From positions 1,736,001 through 1,800,000 of the forward strand of contig CATNEN010000029.1 in the NCBI GenBank assembly GCA_950097015.1: a DNA stretch of 64,000 nt. Direction: 5' to 3'. The notes under the pieces were generated by a model that searched no databases, was not told the origin of the DNA, and worked only from the letters and a program-made list of their open reading frames with translations. Both the position numbers and the translations under genes were made by a program. Below, piece after piece: positions 46,840 through 59,976 of the stretch (the first letter of the stretch is position 1; each line of letters opens with the position of its first letter). This stretch comes from Macrostomum hystrix (lineage: Eukaryota > Animalia > Platyhelminthes).

Positions 46840-48760
46840 CTGGTAACGGCAAATACAGTATTGCAATCTGAGGTAGTCAGCAGTCTTCGGCAATAAATCA
46901 TTGGACTGTAATAATTGTTGGCCTCGCAGTTCTGTCACCCTTCATTTTTATTCAACTTGCAGTCGAGTTGGATGCTTGAGCATTTATAGTAGCTCAAAAA
47001 TATTTTTGCTTGGCTTGACCCAACGGGGGAGCGAAATTAACTTGTACTTGCTCCGGTTTTAGGAAACAGATGACCCGACTCAACAGTTTTATCCACTTCG
47101 AGTTCATATCGGCAATTTCGGCAGCAACCTGTTGGTCAACTAATTTGCCTCTCCTTGAATCTGATAATGAGCTTACTGGTTGCTATGAAGTTCTCATGCA
47201 CAATGAGGCTTTCTTGAGTTGACAGTTCAGCTATTTTTGTCATGCCGAAATTACAATATTCACAGTGGGCACGCTTCGCCTACTCTGACTCCACTGGCTA
47301 CTCTGCCTCCACTGTCTACTCTGCCTCCACTGGCTACTCTGCCTCCACTGGCTACTCTGCCTCCACTGGCTACTCTGCCTCCACTGGCTACTCTGCCTCC
47401 ACTGGCTACTCTGCCTCCACTGGCTACTCTGCCTCCACTGGCTACTCTGCCTCCACTGTCTACTCTGCCTCCACTGGCTACTCTGCCTCCACTGTCTACT
47501 CTGCCTCCACTGTCTACTCTGCCTCCACTGTCTACTCTGCCCCCACTCGCTACTCTGCCTCCATTGTCTACTCTGCCTCCACTGTCTACTCTGCCTCCAC
47601 TGTCTACTCTGCCCCCACTGTCTACTCTGCCCCCACTCGCTACTCTGCCTCCATTGTCTACTCTGCCTCCACTGTCTACTCTGCCCCCACTGGCTACTCT
47701 GCCTCCACTGTCTACTCTGCCCCCACTGGCTACTCTGCCTCCACTGGCTACTCTGCCTCCACTGTCTACTCTGCCTCCACTGGCTACTCTGCCCCCACTG
47801 GCTACTCTGCCTCCACTGGCTACTCTGCCTCCACTGGCTACTCTGCCTCCACTGTCTACTCTGCCTCCACTGTCTACTCTGCCTCCACTGTCTACTCTGC
47901 CCCCACTGGCTACTCTGCCTCCACTGTCTACTCTGCCTCCACTGTCTACTCTGCCCCCACTGGCTACTCTGCCTCCACTGTCTACTCTGCCTCCACTGTC
48001 TACTCTGCCCCCACTGGCTACTCTGCCTCCACTGTCTACTCTGCCTCCACTGGCTACTCTGCCTCCACTGTCTACTCTGCCTCCACTGTCTACTCTGCCT
48101 CCACTGTCTACTCTGCCCCCACTCGCTACTCTGCCTCCATTGTCTACTCTGCCTCCACTGTCTACTCTGCCTCCACTGTCTACTCTGCCCCCACTGTCTA
48201 CTCTGCCCCCACTCGCTACTCTGCCTCCACTGTCTACTCTGCCTCCACTGTCTACTCTGCCCCCACTGGCTACTCTGCCTCCACTGTCTACTCTGCCCCC
48301 ACTGGCTACTCTGCCTCCACTGGCTACTCTGCCTCCACTGTCTACTCTGCCTCCACTGGCTACTCTGCCCCCACTGGCTACTCTGCCCCCACTGGCTACT
48401 CTGCCTCCACTGTCTACTCTGCCTCCACTGGCTACTCTGCCCCCACTGGCTACTCTGCCTCCACTGTCTACTCTGCCTCCACTGTCTACTCTGCCTCCAC
48501 TGTCTACTCTGCCTCCACTGTCTACTCTGCCTCCACTGTCTACTCTGCCCCCACTGGCTACTCTGCCCCCACTGGCTACTCTGCCTCCACTAGCTACTCT
48601 GCCTCCACTGCTACTCTGCCTCCACTGCTACTCTGCCTCCACTAGCTACTCTGCCCCCACTGGCTACTCTACTCCACTGGTGAATCGGCGATCGAATTAA
48701 CAAAAACAAACTCGGTTGAAATGGATTTTTGTCGAATGAACAAATTTTGCTGTCTAAAAC
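46840..48760 (-). mobile_element. Decayed hAT transposase relic (BED-like finger and DUF4371-like segment) split by the 18-bp array
   Basis: Minus-strand fragments in shifting frames: TEFVFVNSIADSPV..AKRAHCEYC, QVAAEIADMNSKWIKLLSRVICFL, KNIFELL*ML, NNYYSPMI. Confidence 0.45.
47281..48680. repeat. 18-bp minisatellite
   Basis: TACTCTGCCTCCACTGGC/GTC, ~77 copies. Confidence 0.97.
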
Positions 48761-49100
48761 TGTCACAAGAATATCGCGCTGAAGTAATAGATTTATTTAA
48801 CGATTTTTTCACTTCACTTTCCGATATGTGCACGAATACAAACCAATGAACACACAATACGATTATATATTTATGTATATGTATATATAAATCCATAACA
48901 TTTAGGGCTGATAAAACATTTAGAACGAGCTACATATTTGACGAAATATATGCGAGCCAACTAGACTAAACTAATCTTTTAGTTAAGAAATTTATAACTG
49001 CATTTATACAGCACGGCATTGCATGCCATTGGTGATGGGGGTCTAATTTAGATGCAGAGATTGAAGCAAAGGATTTAAATTGCACTGTGATGCGAAAGAG

Positions 49101-49605
49101 TCCGGGGTGTGAGAGTCTGGGGTGTGAGAGTCTGGGGTGTGAGAGTCTGTGGTGTGAGAGTCTGGGGTGTGAATGTCTGGGGTGTGAATGTCTGGGGTGT
49201 GAGAGTCTGGGGTGTGAGAGTCTGGGGTGTGAGAGTCTGGGGTGTGAGAGTCTGGGGTGTGAGAGTCTGTGGTGTGAGAGTCTGGGGTGTGAGAGTCTAA
49301 AGTGTGAGAGTCTGGGGTGTGAATGTCTGGGGTGTGAGAGTCTGGGGTGTGAGAGTCTGGGGTGTGAGAGTCTGGGGTGTGAGAGTCTGGGGTGTGAGAG
49401 TCTGGGGTGTGAGAGTCTGGGGTGTGAGAGTCTGTGGTGTGAGAGTCTGGGGTGTGAGAGTCTAAAGTGTGAGAGTCTGGAGTGTGAATGTCTGGGTGTG
49501 AGAGTCTAGGGTGTGAGAGTCTGGGGTGTGAATGTCTGGGGTGTGAGAGTCTAGGGTGTGAGAGTCTGGGGTGTGAGAGTCTGAGCTGTGAGAGTCGGGT
49601 GTGAG
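49101..49605. repeat. 15-bp minisatellite
   Basis: GAGAGTCTGGGGTGT, ~33 copies. Confidence 0.95.
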
Positions 49606-50006
49606 AATTATTGGTTTGGACTTCACTTGATATGGGGATATTTAATGGAGGGGACGTACATTTTAAGCAGAGAATTATTAACAACGGAAGAAAAAGCAAC
49701 ACATTTAAGCAGAAAATATTAAGAAAAAGCTCATGTTTCGCTTTGAGTGCGAGGGAGTAGGGTGCGAACAGTTTCGACATTGATTCATGCAGACAACAGA
49801 AAATGAAATTGGGTCAGATTGCCGCACTACAGTCACACGATGAAGTCCTGATTCGCACTCGATGAACTGATAGTTTGGGAATAAAACATATTTTTTTCCT
49901 TATCGTCCATCGCGAGAACAGATTTTGAACACCCAGACTCTGAGAACAATCAAAGCGTCGATAAAAAACGAATAAACATGTGTCCTCTTATGTCATCTGA
50001 TTCGCA

Positions 50007-53000
50007 TCACAGCTCTGCTGGGCTCAATGAGGCGCCAGAGGAGGCCACGGCAGCTGGCAGCGGCATATGAGACAGCGGCTGCGGCTGCGGCTGTGGCTGC
50101 GGCTGCAGCGGTGGCAGCAGCGGATGCGGCGGCTTTGCCGACGAGGCCGCAGCGGCGGCGGCGGCAGCGGCGGCTGCAGCAGCAGCAGCGGCGGCTGGCG
50201 CGAAGAATCCGGAGTAGGGCCCCGCAGCGCCTGAGCAGATTGGCTGGCCGACAAACGTCGAGAACATCGGGTGGTAGGGGAACGGCAGCGGCAAGCTGCG
50301 GGGTGGCTGCTGATGCTGCTGATGCTGCTGTTGCTGATGCTGTGTCAGTGGTGGCGGCGGTGGACACGACATGGACAAGAACGGGTCTCCGCCACCGGCT
50401 GCGGCTGCGGCGGCTGCTGCAGCGAACAGCGGGAAGCCGTGACCGACGGACGGCAAGGACACCGGCGGACCACCGGCCTCTGCGGCCAGGTAGGGCCGGA
50501 ACAATGCGCCCGGACTGCCCAACATCGGGCCGTAGCCGCCGCCGCCTCCGACGACTCCTCGCTCCTTATTGCGACCATTGCCACCGCCTCCGTTGCCCTT
50601 CTTTGATGCTGAGCGGCGCCCCTCGGACGCCGCAGAGGGGTCTCTCGGCTGGGCGGCCTCCTTTATGGGGATGCTCGGGTTGCTAAGGACTCGCTCGATG
50701 GCCTTGACAACGTCGCCGTGGCAGGCGGCCAGCACAGACTGCAGGGTGTCAATCTTGACTGTGGGGAACACCCGGCTGAGCATGCCCAGACCTTGAGCCG
50801 CCACGGCCGCCTTGTCTTCGTCAACCTGCTCGACTTGGTCGTCATGATCGTCGTCGGCTTGGTTGACCTCCTCGGAGCCAGTTGAGGAGCGCTTTCGTTT
50901 CGGCGGGCTGCCAAGCTGATGACGCCGCTTCTGATGAGGCTGCTGATGCTGGCTCGGGTCATTATCGCCGGAAAAGTCTGCGAATGTTAGACAAAGTTCA
51001 TTCTATAACTAATGATGCGTGCTTGATGATAAAAAACATTCAACAGGTGTTTTGAATAGCTATAGCAGGCATGCGTGTGGCTGCGAATTCGATATCTGAT
51101 AATGACCACTCCGTGGCTATTGAACCTTTCGGAGTACAGTTACGATCCAGTAATTCTATAAGCCATCCTTCAGTGTTTAGTCAATACCCCATCCAGGTCT
51201 ATAATGGGCTAAGAAATGATTTGATGAAGTCTGCGCGAATTAAAGAACAAAAACAAGTGGAAGACTGGCGGAGAAATCCCTGGGATGAAATCCCTGGCAT
51301 CGGCCGGCACTTGACACTTCATAGCCACTTCACAGACACACCCCCTGCAGCTATCTCCTCTTCTTCCCATCCACTTTTCCATGCTTTTCTGTACCGCGCA
51401 ACAAAAACAAAGTCGATAGATAGAGATAGAGCCCTCGAGAACTGTTGATCGCAAAAAACTTGAATCAGTGCCTGAAAAACGCATAAACACAGCCCCCCCT
51501 TGTGAAAGTGGAGGGGTTGGTTCGGAATTTCACTTGATTTTGTCTATCTTCTTTAGCAAATTTCTTTGATGTAATCGGAGGCTGGCATTTTCGATTGCTT
51601 CAAGACTTGCTCCCCCCCTCAATAATTCAATGCCCGAGAAAGCGAAAGGAAACAAATATTTCCCTGCATGGAAACAACAGTGGCTGGATTTTATTCAAAG
51701 AATTTTTTCATGATTTTTCTTTTTTCATTGACTGCATGGGATGGAACTGGCAGACCTACTAACACGACTGTTAGCCAGGGGCGGTCGTGCTTGACGGATA
51801 AGTGGCGACGAGTGAATTGTTTTATGGCATTTGCTTTTGCTTTTTAAAAGCTGCTTCAAATCATTGCGGACAGATCTGTGTTCCACCCTGAAGTTTGTCG
51901 CTCGCCAAATAGTTTTTTTCAGTTGGCCTCCATTTCAAGAGCTGAGTCTGCCCCCCGACTCAGAAGTGGCCACTTAACTGCCAGACCCATATATCGGAAG
52001 AAGATAATTTTTTCCAAATCTGTGCTCCTCTCGTCAACTTATCCCAATTTTCCCCTTGTCGCATAATCCTCCGTGATACTTGAGTTCAACCATCGCCTTC
52101 CGCAGCAGCAGGATTCGAAATAATCATCAAGGGGATTCAAATCTATTTGACCACCTGGCAGAAAATCGGCGGTTCGGAGTCAAATCTGGAGAAGACGTTA
52201 ATCCCAATATCCTCTTGTCAGCCACCCAGCCAATCCCGTCATTTCATTGGCTCCTGAATCGACCGAAGCAAAAAGACTTCTCGCGAAGGATTCGATTTCA
52301 TGTAGATGAGATTTCTCTGACACGTAAAGGTGTGAAGAGGCAGATTTGGAGTTGAGAAGGCCTCATTATCCACTGAGACACAGCCATCTATACACTGCAG
52401 TGATTTTAACAGCAGCCAAATGTTTGTAAAGTTAACTGAGATTTCTTGAAATTTAAACTGGCCAACAGTGCCTTGTACGTTATCTTGCATTTTTTAAAGA
52501 TGCAGGCTAAAGACATTGACAGGCAGTCGGAGTCTGTCACGGGGCTGAAGCCAGGTGACGGTATTTTCATCGCGATTAGACGCGCACACAACGGGGCCTT
52601 TCATTTAGAAAGAAATTAGAGATGCTTTTTAGTTTGACTTTCCCAGACATGCAGCCAAGATTCTGTCCAATGGGCCCCACCCCACTCCCTACACACGCTT
52701 GGCAAATAGACCCGAAACTCAAATGAGCGTCTCGTAATAAGGAAAAAAATAAATCTACAATTGATTCCAACTCATTGTCACCGAGAGCCAAGCAGCCGTT
52801 TGTTATCTCTTGCTTTTAGAAGAACAAGAAGAAACTCATGGCCAGTGTAGAGCAGTGAGTAACTAGGCTCAGGATTTACTCTGGTGTAGTCTTACCCAAC
52901 AGAAGTTAAAGAGGAATTTAAATAGTCACTATCGGGACAAAACAATGGGCCACTTTATGACAAAGCTTTAAACGCACATAGTCTACCTGGCCCTAGCACA

Positions 53001-55546
53001 TGCACGCTACTGTGTTTGTCTAGTATCAGGTATCGAAAGCTATTTCGCTATTTAGTATGGGACCATTTTCTAGCTCGAAATTTGAAAGCGGAGCATAAAC
53101 GGAAATACAAATATTGTTGGATGGAAAACTCCGGTCGCTATAGTCTGTCAGTATTAAATTAGGCTTGATCATTTTAGCTATTACAAGAGGTGCTGTGCAA
53201 CTCCTTCTAGTTGGACACGCGCGAGACACACACCGTGCTAGAGGCCCATTGTGAGACTACCACTGTTTGCCAAACTTACAAGTCTCCAGCAGGATTTACA
53301 CGACTGTTAAAAATGCACAGGGGGGTCGTGTTTATATAGGCAGTTGTGTTTGCAGATGTGCCTAAATTGTGAATTGTAAAAAATTGAAATCTGAGCACAC
53401 GATATACACAGTCAGTCAAATTATTGAGCAATTTTTAATTCAAGATATTCATCTTGAGTAGCCTATTATCTTGCCATTTTTTAAACTCTTAAGTCTTTCC
53501 TGTTGGTATAGATAAATTGATTTGACCCACTCATAGCAACCGCTTGGCAACCAGCAAAAAAGCAAAGTTGACAAACAGACAGACAGGCTCTTAGTGCCAT
53601 TCTTTAAACAAAATAGGGCATCTTCACAACCAATTTATTTAATTTTGCTATTGTTTATTTAACCAAATGGACGAAGCGGCGGACATTGGAAATGAAATTC
53701 TGGGACCAAGCGTGGTGACTATTGTGCAACTATTTTTCACTTTGCCCCTGTTGCTATATAATCCTGTGTGTTTGGCAATACAACGTGCTTCTAAGTCGCT
53801 TGTGATCAAATTTTATTTGCTTCTGTGAGCTGTCTTATAAAGCAAACTCCAACCATATGTGCTGCTGTAAACAGCTCTTATTCCAATTATTTCCTTTAAT
53901 CTTCAAACACTTTTTTTAAAGCCTAAGCAAATTATCAAGTAAGCTAATTGATAATAACCGATTAAAAGTCAATACTAATATATTATGAATGGATAATAAG
54001 GGGTTGAAAATTAATAATTTCCATATCTAATGGATTACTATCAATAACTAATTGACATTTGTCTCACGCACCGAGGTCCCTGAGCTCGATTCCGCGGCGA
54101 GGCCACATTCATTTGGGGCGCAGTCGCGGAGAGAAGGCTTGGGGACTTGTCCTGCGAGGCCCCCAAATGAGAGTGTACACTGCCTGACGATGAGAAAGTA
54201 CGTTACGTGCCTGCGTACGTTATCTGTGTGCGTGGTGTGCTCAGGAGTCAGCGAAATGGGCAGAATTGCCTCCAAATCTAGTGTCACCAAATGATGTGCC
54301 ATTGCATGCAGCCCCCGTGCAGTCATTATTTATTATTCATAGCTAATGGATAATATTCGATAGATAAATTTTAAACTAGCCAGAAAAACTTCTCACCTCC
54401 AGCATCAACACCGCCATCAGAGGCTCCGGCACCGCTCAGTCCCGCCGACGAAGCCGCAGCGGGTCCAGACTTGGCCGCAGTCGCCGCCTCGATCACCGGC
54501 TGCGTGTCCGGGTGCGGGTGCTCCGTGTTGATCTGCAGCAGGCCGCCAGGGCCGTACAGCAGGCCGAGCTCCCTAGCCTCCTGCTCCTCCTGGGCCTGCT
54601 GACGCCGCAAGGCCACCTGGGCGGCCATGACGCGCTGCCGCTCGGAGATCAGGGTGCACTTTGTACACATGCAGTCCTTCCAGCGGCAGTAGCGCTTGTG
54701 ACCTGGTGTTTGGTGGGTGGTGGCGAATTTGGTTGGTTGTTGTGAGATGAGACAGGGGACAGACGAAGCTGAGCAGTGATGAGACAGGGGAGAGATAAGA
54801 CAGGGGAGGGATAATACACGGGAGAGATGAGACTTGGGAGCGATGAGGCTCGAGAGAGGTAAGACAGGAGAGAGATGATACAGGGGAGAGATGAGACAGG
54901 GGAGAGATGAGACAGGGAGAGATGAGACAGGGGAGAGATGAGTCAGGGGAGAGATGAGTAAGGGTAGAGATGAGACAGGGAGAGATGAGTCAGGGGAGAG
55001 ATGAGACACTGAAGAGATGAGACAGGGAGAGATGAGACAGGGAGAGATGAGACAGGGAGAGATGAGACAGGGGAGAGATGAGTCAGGGGAGAGATGAGTC
55101 AGGGGAGAGATGAGACAGGGAGAGATGAGACAGGGAGAGATGAGACAGGGAGAGATGAGACAGGGAGAGATGAGACAGGGGAGAGATGAGACAGGGGAGA
55201 GATGAGACAAGGGAGAGATGAGACAAGGGAGAGATGAGACAGGGGAGAGATGAGACAGGGGAGAGATGAGACACGGGAGAGAGCTTGAAAAGGCCGGATT
55301 GGTGAGTTTTCCTAGTCGATCACCAACTCCCCAGTTACAAAGGAGCAGCTCACCTTTCAAAGCGGATACAACCCCGTGATTGCGACACCTGGCACATTTC
55401 GGCGTCCTCGGATAGCGATCCGAGGCCCGCAGAAACAGCGGGTGAGACGAGTAGCCGCCGCCGCCGCCGTAGCCGACCCCGACCTCGGACGAGTCCATCA
55501 AGGCGGGGTCCATCTCAGGCGGAGTTTCCGGATTTCCGATGGACAT
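50007..55546 (-). CDS. DMRTA2: DM-domain transcription factor of the DMRTA2/DMRT5/Dmrt99B class, 489 aa; exons 55546-55354, 54702-54397, 50977-50007
   Basis: [21 protein letters not shown]|[50 protein letters not shown]; DMA domain [29 protein letters not shown]; phase-1 GT-AG introns; CTAAC branch point before exon 3. Confidence 0.92.
54055..54340 (+). mobile_element. SINE family 1 copy in DMRT intron 2
   Basis: CCTGAGCTCGATTCCGCGGCGAGGCCACATTC...GAGTGTACACTGCCTGACGATGAGAAAGT matches the 18647 copy; (ATT)n tail. Confidence 0.8.
54745..55305 (+). repeat. 16-17 bp minisatellite in DMRT intron 1, with a MITE-like right flank
   Basis: GAGACAGGGAGAGAT units followed by GAGAGCTTGAAAAGGCCGGATTGG, similar to the MITE segment GAGAGCTTCGAGGGCCGCATCTGG. 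Confidence 0.85.
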
Positions 55547-55939
55547 TTTATTCTAGATTGCTTGTCGCTGCGTGAGTCTAGGCCTGAATATCTGTCTGTC
55601 AATCTCATCAACTATCTTGGCAATTTATAAGCGCTGCGGTCACTCTTCTGGGGTGGGTGCGAAAGGAGTGATGAATTTTCGGCTCACAGCCTGTTTAGCG
55701 GGCCGGCGCTCATTGGACGAAGCACATCAGGAGATTGTGAAAAAACCAGCGGGTTTGGGGTGGCTAGAATCATCTCTCTGTGTTGCAGCGAAGCGGACAA
55801 GCGCCTCTGTCATTCGCCAATTTTTTTGTTTCATCAACCTCCGTTGGATGGCACAATCTGCCAAATTTGTTTTTATTAAACTAGCTACTATCACAGTAGG
55901 CTGTATAGAAAGTTCATTTGATTGCACACAATTCTACAC

Positions 55940-57905
55940 AGTCCATTCCACATCCAATAGACACTCTATCAGAGTCCATCCCACATCCAATGCACACTCT
56001 ATCAAAGTCCATCCCACATCCAATAGACACTCTATCAGAGTTCATCCCACATCCAATGCACACTCTATCAGAGTTCATCCCACATCCAATAGACACTCTA
56101 TCAGAGTCCATCCCACATCCAATGCACACTCTATCAGAGTCCATCCCACATCCAATAGACACTCTATCACAGTCCATCCCACATCCAATGCACACTCTAT
56201 CAGAGTCCATCCCACATCCAATAGACACTCTATCACAGTTCATCCCACATCCAATAGACACTCTATCACTGTCCATCCCACATCCAATAGACACTCTATC
56301 ACAGTCCATCCCACATCCAATAGACACTCTATCAGAGTCCATCCCACATCCAATAGACACTCTATCACAGTCCATCCCACATCCAATAGACACTCTATCA
56401 CAGTTCATCCCACATCCAATAGACACTCTATCAGAGTCCATCCCACATCCAATGCACACTCTATCAGAGTCCATCCCACATCGAATAGACACTCTATCAG
56501 AGTCCATCCCACATCCAATAGACACTCTATCAGAGTCCATCCCACATCCAATAGACACTCTATCAGAGTCCATCCCACATCCAATAGACACAGTCCATCC
56601 CACATCCAATAGACACTCTATCACAGTCCATCCCACATCCAATAGACACTCTATCAGAGTCCATCCCACATCCAATAGACACTCTATCAGAGTCCATCCC
56701 ACATCCAATAGACACTCTATCAGAGTCCATCCCACATCCAATAGACACTCTATCAGAGTCCATCCCACATCCAATAGACACTCTATCAGAGTCCATCCCA
56801 CATCCAATGCACACTCTATCAGAGTCCATCCCACATCGAATAGACACTCTATCAGAGTCCATCCCACATCCAATAGACACTCTATCACAGTTCATCCCAC
56901 ATCCAATAGACACTCTATCAGAGTCCATCCCACATCCAATGCACACGCTATCACAGTTCATCCCACATCCAATAGACACTCTATCACTGTCCATCCCACA
57001 TCCAATAGACACTCTATCACAGTCCATCCCACATCCAATAGACACTCTATCAGAGTCCATCCCACAAGTAACAGACACTCTACCAGAGTCCATCCCACAT
57101 CCAATAGACACTCTATCAGAGTCCATCCCACATCCAATAGACACTCTATCACAGTCCATCCCACATCCAATAGACACTCTATCACAGTTCATCCCACATC
57201 CAATAGACACTCTATCAGAGTCCATCCCACATCCAATGCATACTCTATCACAGTTCATCCCACATCCAATAGACACTCTATCAGAGTCCATCCCACATCC
57301 AATAGACACTCTATCAGAGTCCATCCCACATCCAATGCACACTCTATCAGAGTCCATCCCACATCCAATAGACACTCTATCACAGTTCATCCCACATCCA
57401 ATAGACACTCTATCACAGTCCATCCCACATCCAATAGACACTCTATCAGAGTCCATCCCACATCCAATGCATACTCTATCACAGTTCATCCCACATCCAA
57501 TAGACACTCTATCAGAGTCCATCCCACATCCAATAGACACTCTATCAGAGTCCATCCCACATCCAATGCACACTCTATCACAGTTCATCCCACATCCAAT
57601 AGACACTCTATCACTGTCCATCCCACATCCAATAGACACTCTATCAGAGTCCATCCCACATCCAATAGACACTCTATCACAGTCCATCCCACATCCAATA
57701 GACACTCTATCAGAGTCCATCCCACAAGTAACAGACACTCTACCAGAGTCCATCCCACATCCAATAGACACTCTATCAGAGTCCATCCCACATCCAATAG
57801 ACACTCTATCACAGTCCATCCCACATCCAATAGACACTCTATCAGAGTCCATCCCACATCCAATAGACACTCTATCAGAGTCCATCCCACATCCAATCCA
57901 CACTC
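55940..57905. repeat. 33-bp minisatellite upstream of DMRT
   Basis: CATCCCACATCCAATAGACACTCTATCAGAGTC, ~60 copies; one internal deletion near 56590. Confidence 0.97.
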
Positions 57906-57966
57906 CATCACAATTTTAGTTGCATTTGGGTTCATGTGACCTTGTTTGTCCCCTATGTATGTCGGT

Positions 57967-58357
57967 TATGGATTGCATTACCGGTAAACCGGTTTACCGG
58001 TTTATGGTACACTTTTTATTAGGCTTCAAAAGTTGAAATTCGAGCAATGAATAGTGCAAATATTTCACCATTTCATGGCATGGATTCAAGTAAGTTTGAG
58101 GTGTTTCTTTACACCGCAGCTTTAGTTGCCCGTGGTCGCCAGGGGCTAGCGGAATGGGCGGCAACGCCTCCCCGCTGCATCCGTAGGATGCCCCCTGCAG
58201 CTAAGTCAAGTAAGTCAGGAGGTGTAGATTTTTCAACTGCAGCTTGAGCTTCATCAATTAAAGTATAGCAATACTGTTTACCGGTAATTACCGGTAAATA
58301 AAAGAGATATGATCGAATTACCGGTAATGAGATGAGGACCGGTAATTGCAAACCCTA
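57967..58357. mobile_element. hAT MITE (TAGGG-type termini)
   Basis: Left TATGGATTGCATTACCGGT versus right-end reverse complement TAGGGTTTGCAATTACCGGT; perfect 8-bp TSD ATGTCGGT at 57959-57966 and 58358-58365; many subterminal ACCGGT. Confidence 0.9.
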
Positions 58358-58794
58358 ATGTCGGTGCGTTAAAAACTCCTCACTGGAACAAAGGTGACAC
58401 TTTGTTAATAAAAATATTACGCTTTAGCTTACTTATCCCGTCAACTACTTGAAGTAGTGCTGAGTTACTATTTAGAATTTGAATCGAAACTTCCAATTGA
58501 ATTGATTAATTTTAGGTGACAATTTTCCATTTTGCAATAAGGTCAAGAATAGCCGTAATTTTTCATCCTAACCCGATTGATTGACAGGTGAGCGCCTGAT
58601 CTTGCGAGTCACCTGACTGATTGGCACCGGAATTAAGTAATATTAGTAATTACTCTTTCATGAGCTTTCAGGTCCAAGTCATGGGAGCAATCGGTTCAGA
58701 CCATTTCTGCCATCTATCAGGATCTGACAGTCACTTCCTTTGCCGATCCTTTACAAATCAAATTTTGCTCCATCAAATTTTTTACTTGAATTCA

Positions 58795-59765
58795 AGTCAG
58801 AATCGAAGCAAGAGCTGAATCAGAATCGAAGCAAGAGCTGAATCAGAATCGAAGCAAGAGCTGAATCAGAATCGAAGCAAGAGCTGAATCAGAATCGAAG
58901 CAAGAGCTGAGTCAGAATCGAAGCAAGAGCTGAGTCAGAATCGAAGCAAGAGCTGAATCAGAATCGAAGCAAGAGCTGAATCAGAATCGAAGCAAGAGCT
59001 GAATCAGAATCGAAGCAAGAGCTGAATCAGAATCGAAGCAAGAGCTGAGTCAGAATTGAAGCAAGAGCTGAGTCAGAATTGAAGCAAGAGCTGAATCAGA
59101 ATCGAAGCAAGAGCTGAGTCAGAATTGAAGCAAGAGCTGAGTCAGAATCGAAGCAAGAGCTGAATCAGAATCGAAGCAAGAACTGAATCAGAATCGAAGC
59201 AAGAGCTGAATCAGAATTGAAGCAAGAGCTGAGTCAGAATCGAAGCAAGAGCTGAGTCAGAATTGAAGCAAGAGCTGAGTCAGAATCGAAGCAAGAGCTG
59301 AATCAGAATCGAAGCAAGAGCTGAGTCAGAATTGAAGCAAGAGCTGAGTCAGAATCGAAGCAAGAGCTGAATCAGAATCGAAGCAAGAACTGAATCAGAA
59401 TCGAAGCAAGAGCTGAATCAGAATTGAAGCAAGAGCTGAGTCAGAATCGAAGCAAGAGCTGAATCAGAATCGAAGCAAGAGCTGAGTCAGAATTGAAGCA
59501 AGAGCTGAGTCAGAATCGAAGCAAGAGCTGAATCAGAATCGAAGCAAGAACTGAATCAGAATCGAAGCAAGAGCTGAATCAGAATCGAAGCAAGAACTGA
59601 ATCAGAATCGAAGCAAGAACTGAATCAGAATCGAAGCAAGAGCTGAATCAGAATCGAAGCAAGAGCTGAATCAGAATCGAAGCAAGAGCTGAATCAGAAT
59701 CGAAGCAAGAACTGAGTCAGAATCGAAGCAAGAGCTGAGTCAGAATCGAAGCAAGAACTGAATCA
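58795..59765. repeat. 23-bp minisatellite
   Basis: GAATCAGAATCGAAGCAAGAGCT, ~42 copies. Confidence 0.97.
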
Positions 59766-59976
59766 GTTTCCCACTTCTAACAACTTCAAATTAGTGATAA
59801 GTGTTTGTCGGTACGAATTAACGACAAAGCGATTGGAAAAATACATTTTCATTGTTGATTACAAGCAGAAGCTAATTTGGAGCAAGCCAGAAATGCATAG
59901 AGGACTGGTTTTTATCAAGGGGTTGCATAAGTTGTAGATTTTTAACTTGGCCATAATTGGTCGCCGTTGAAAGAAC

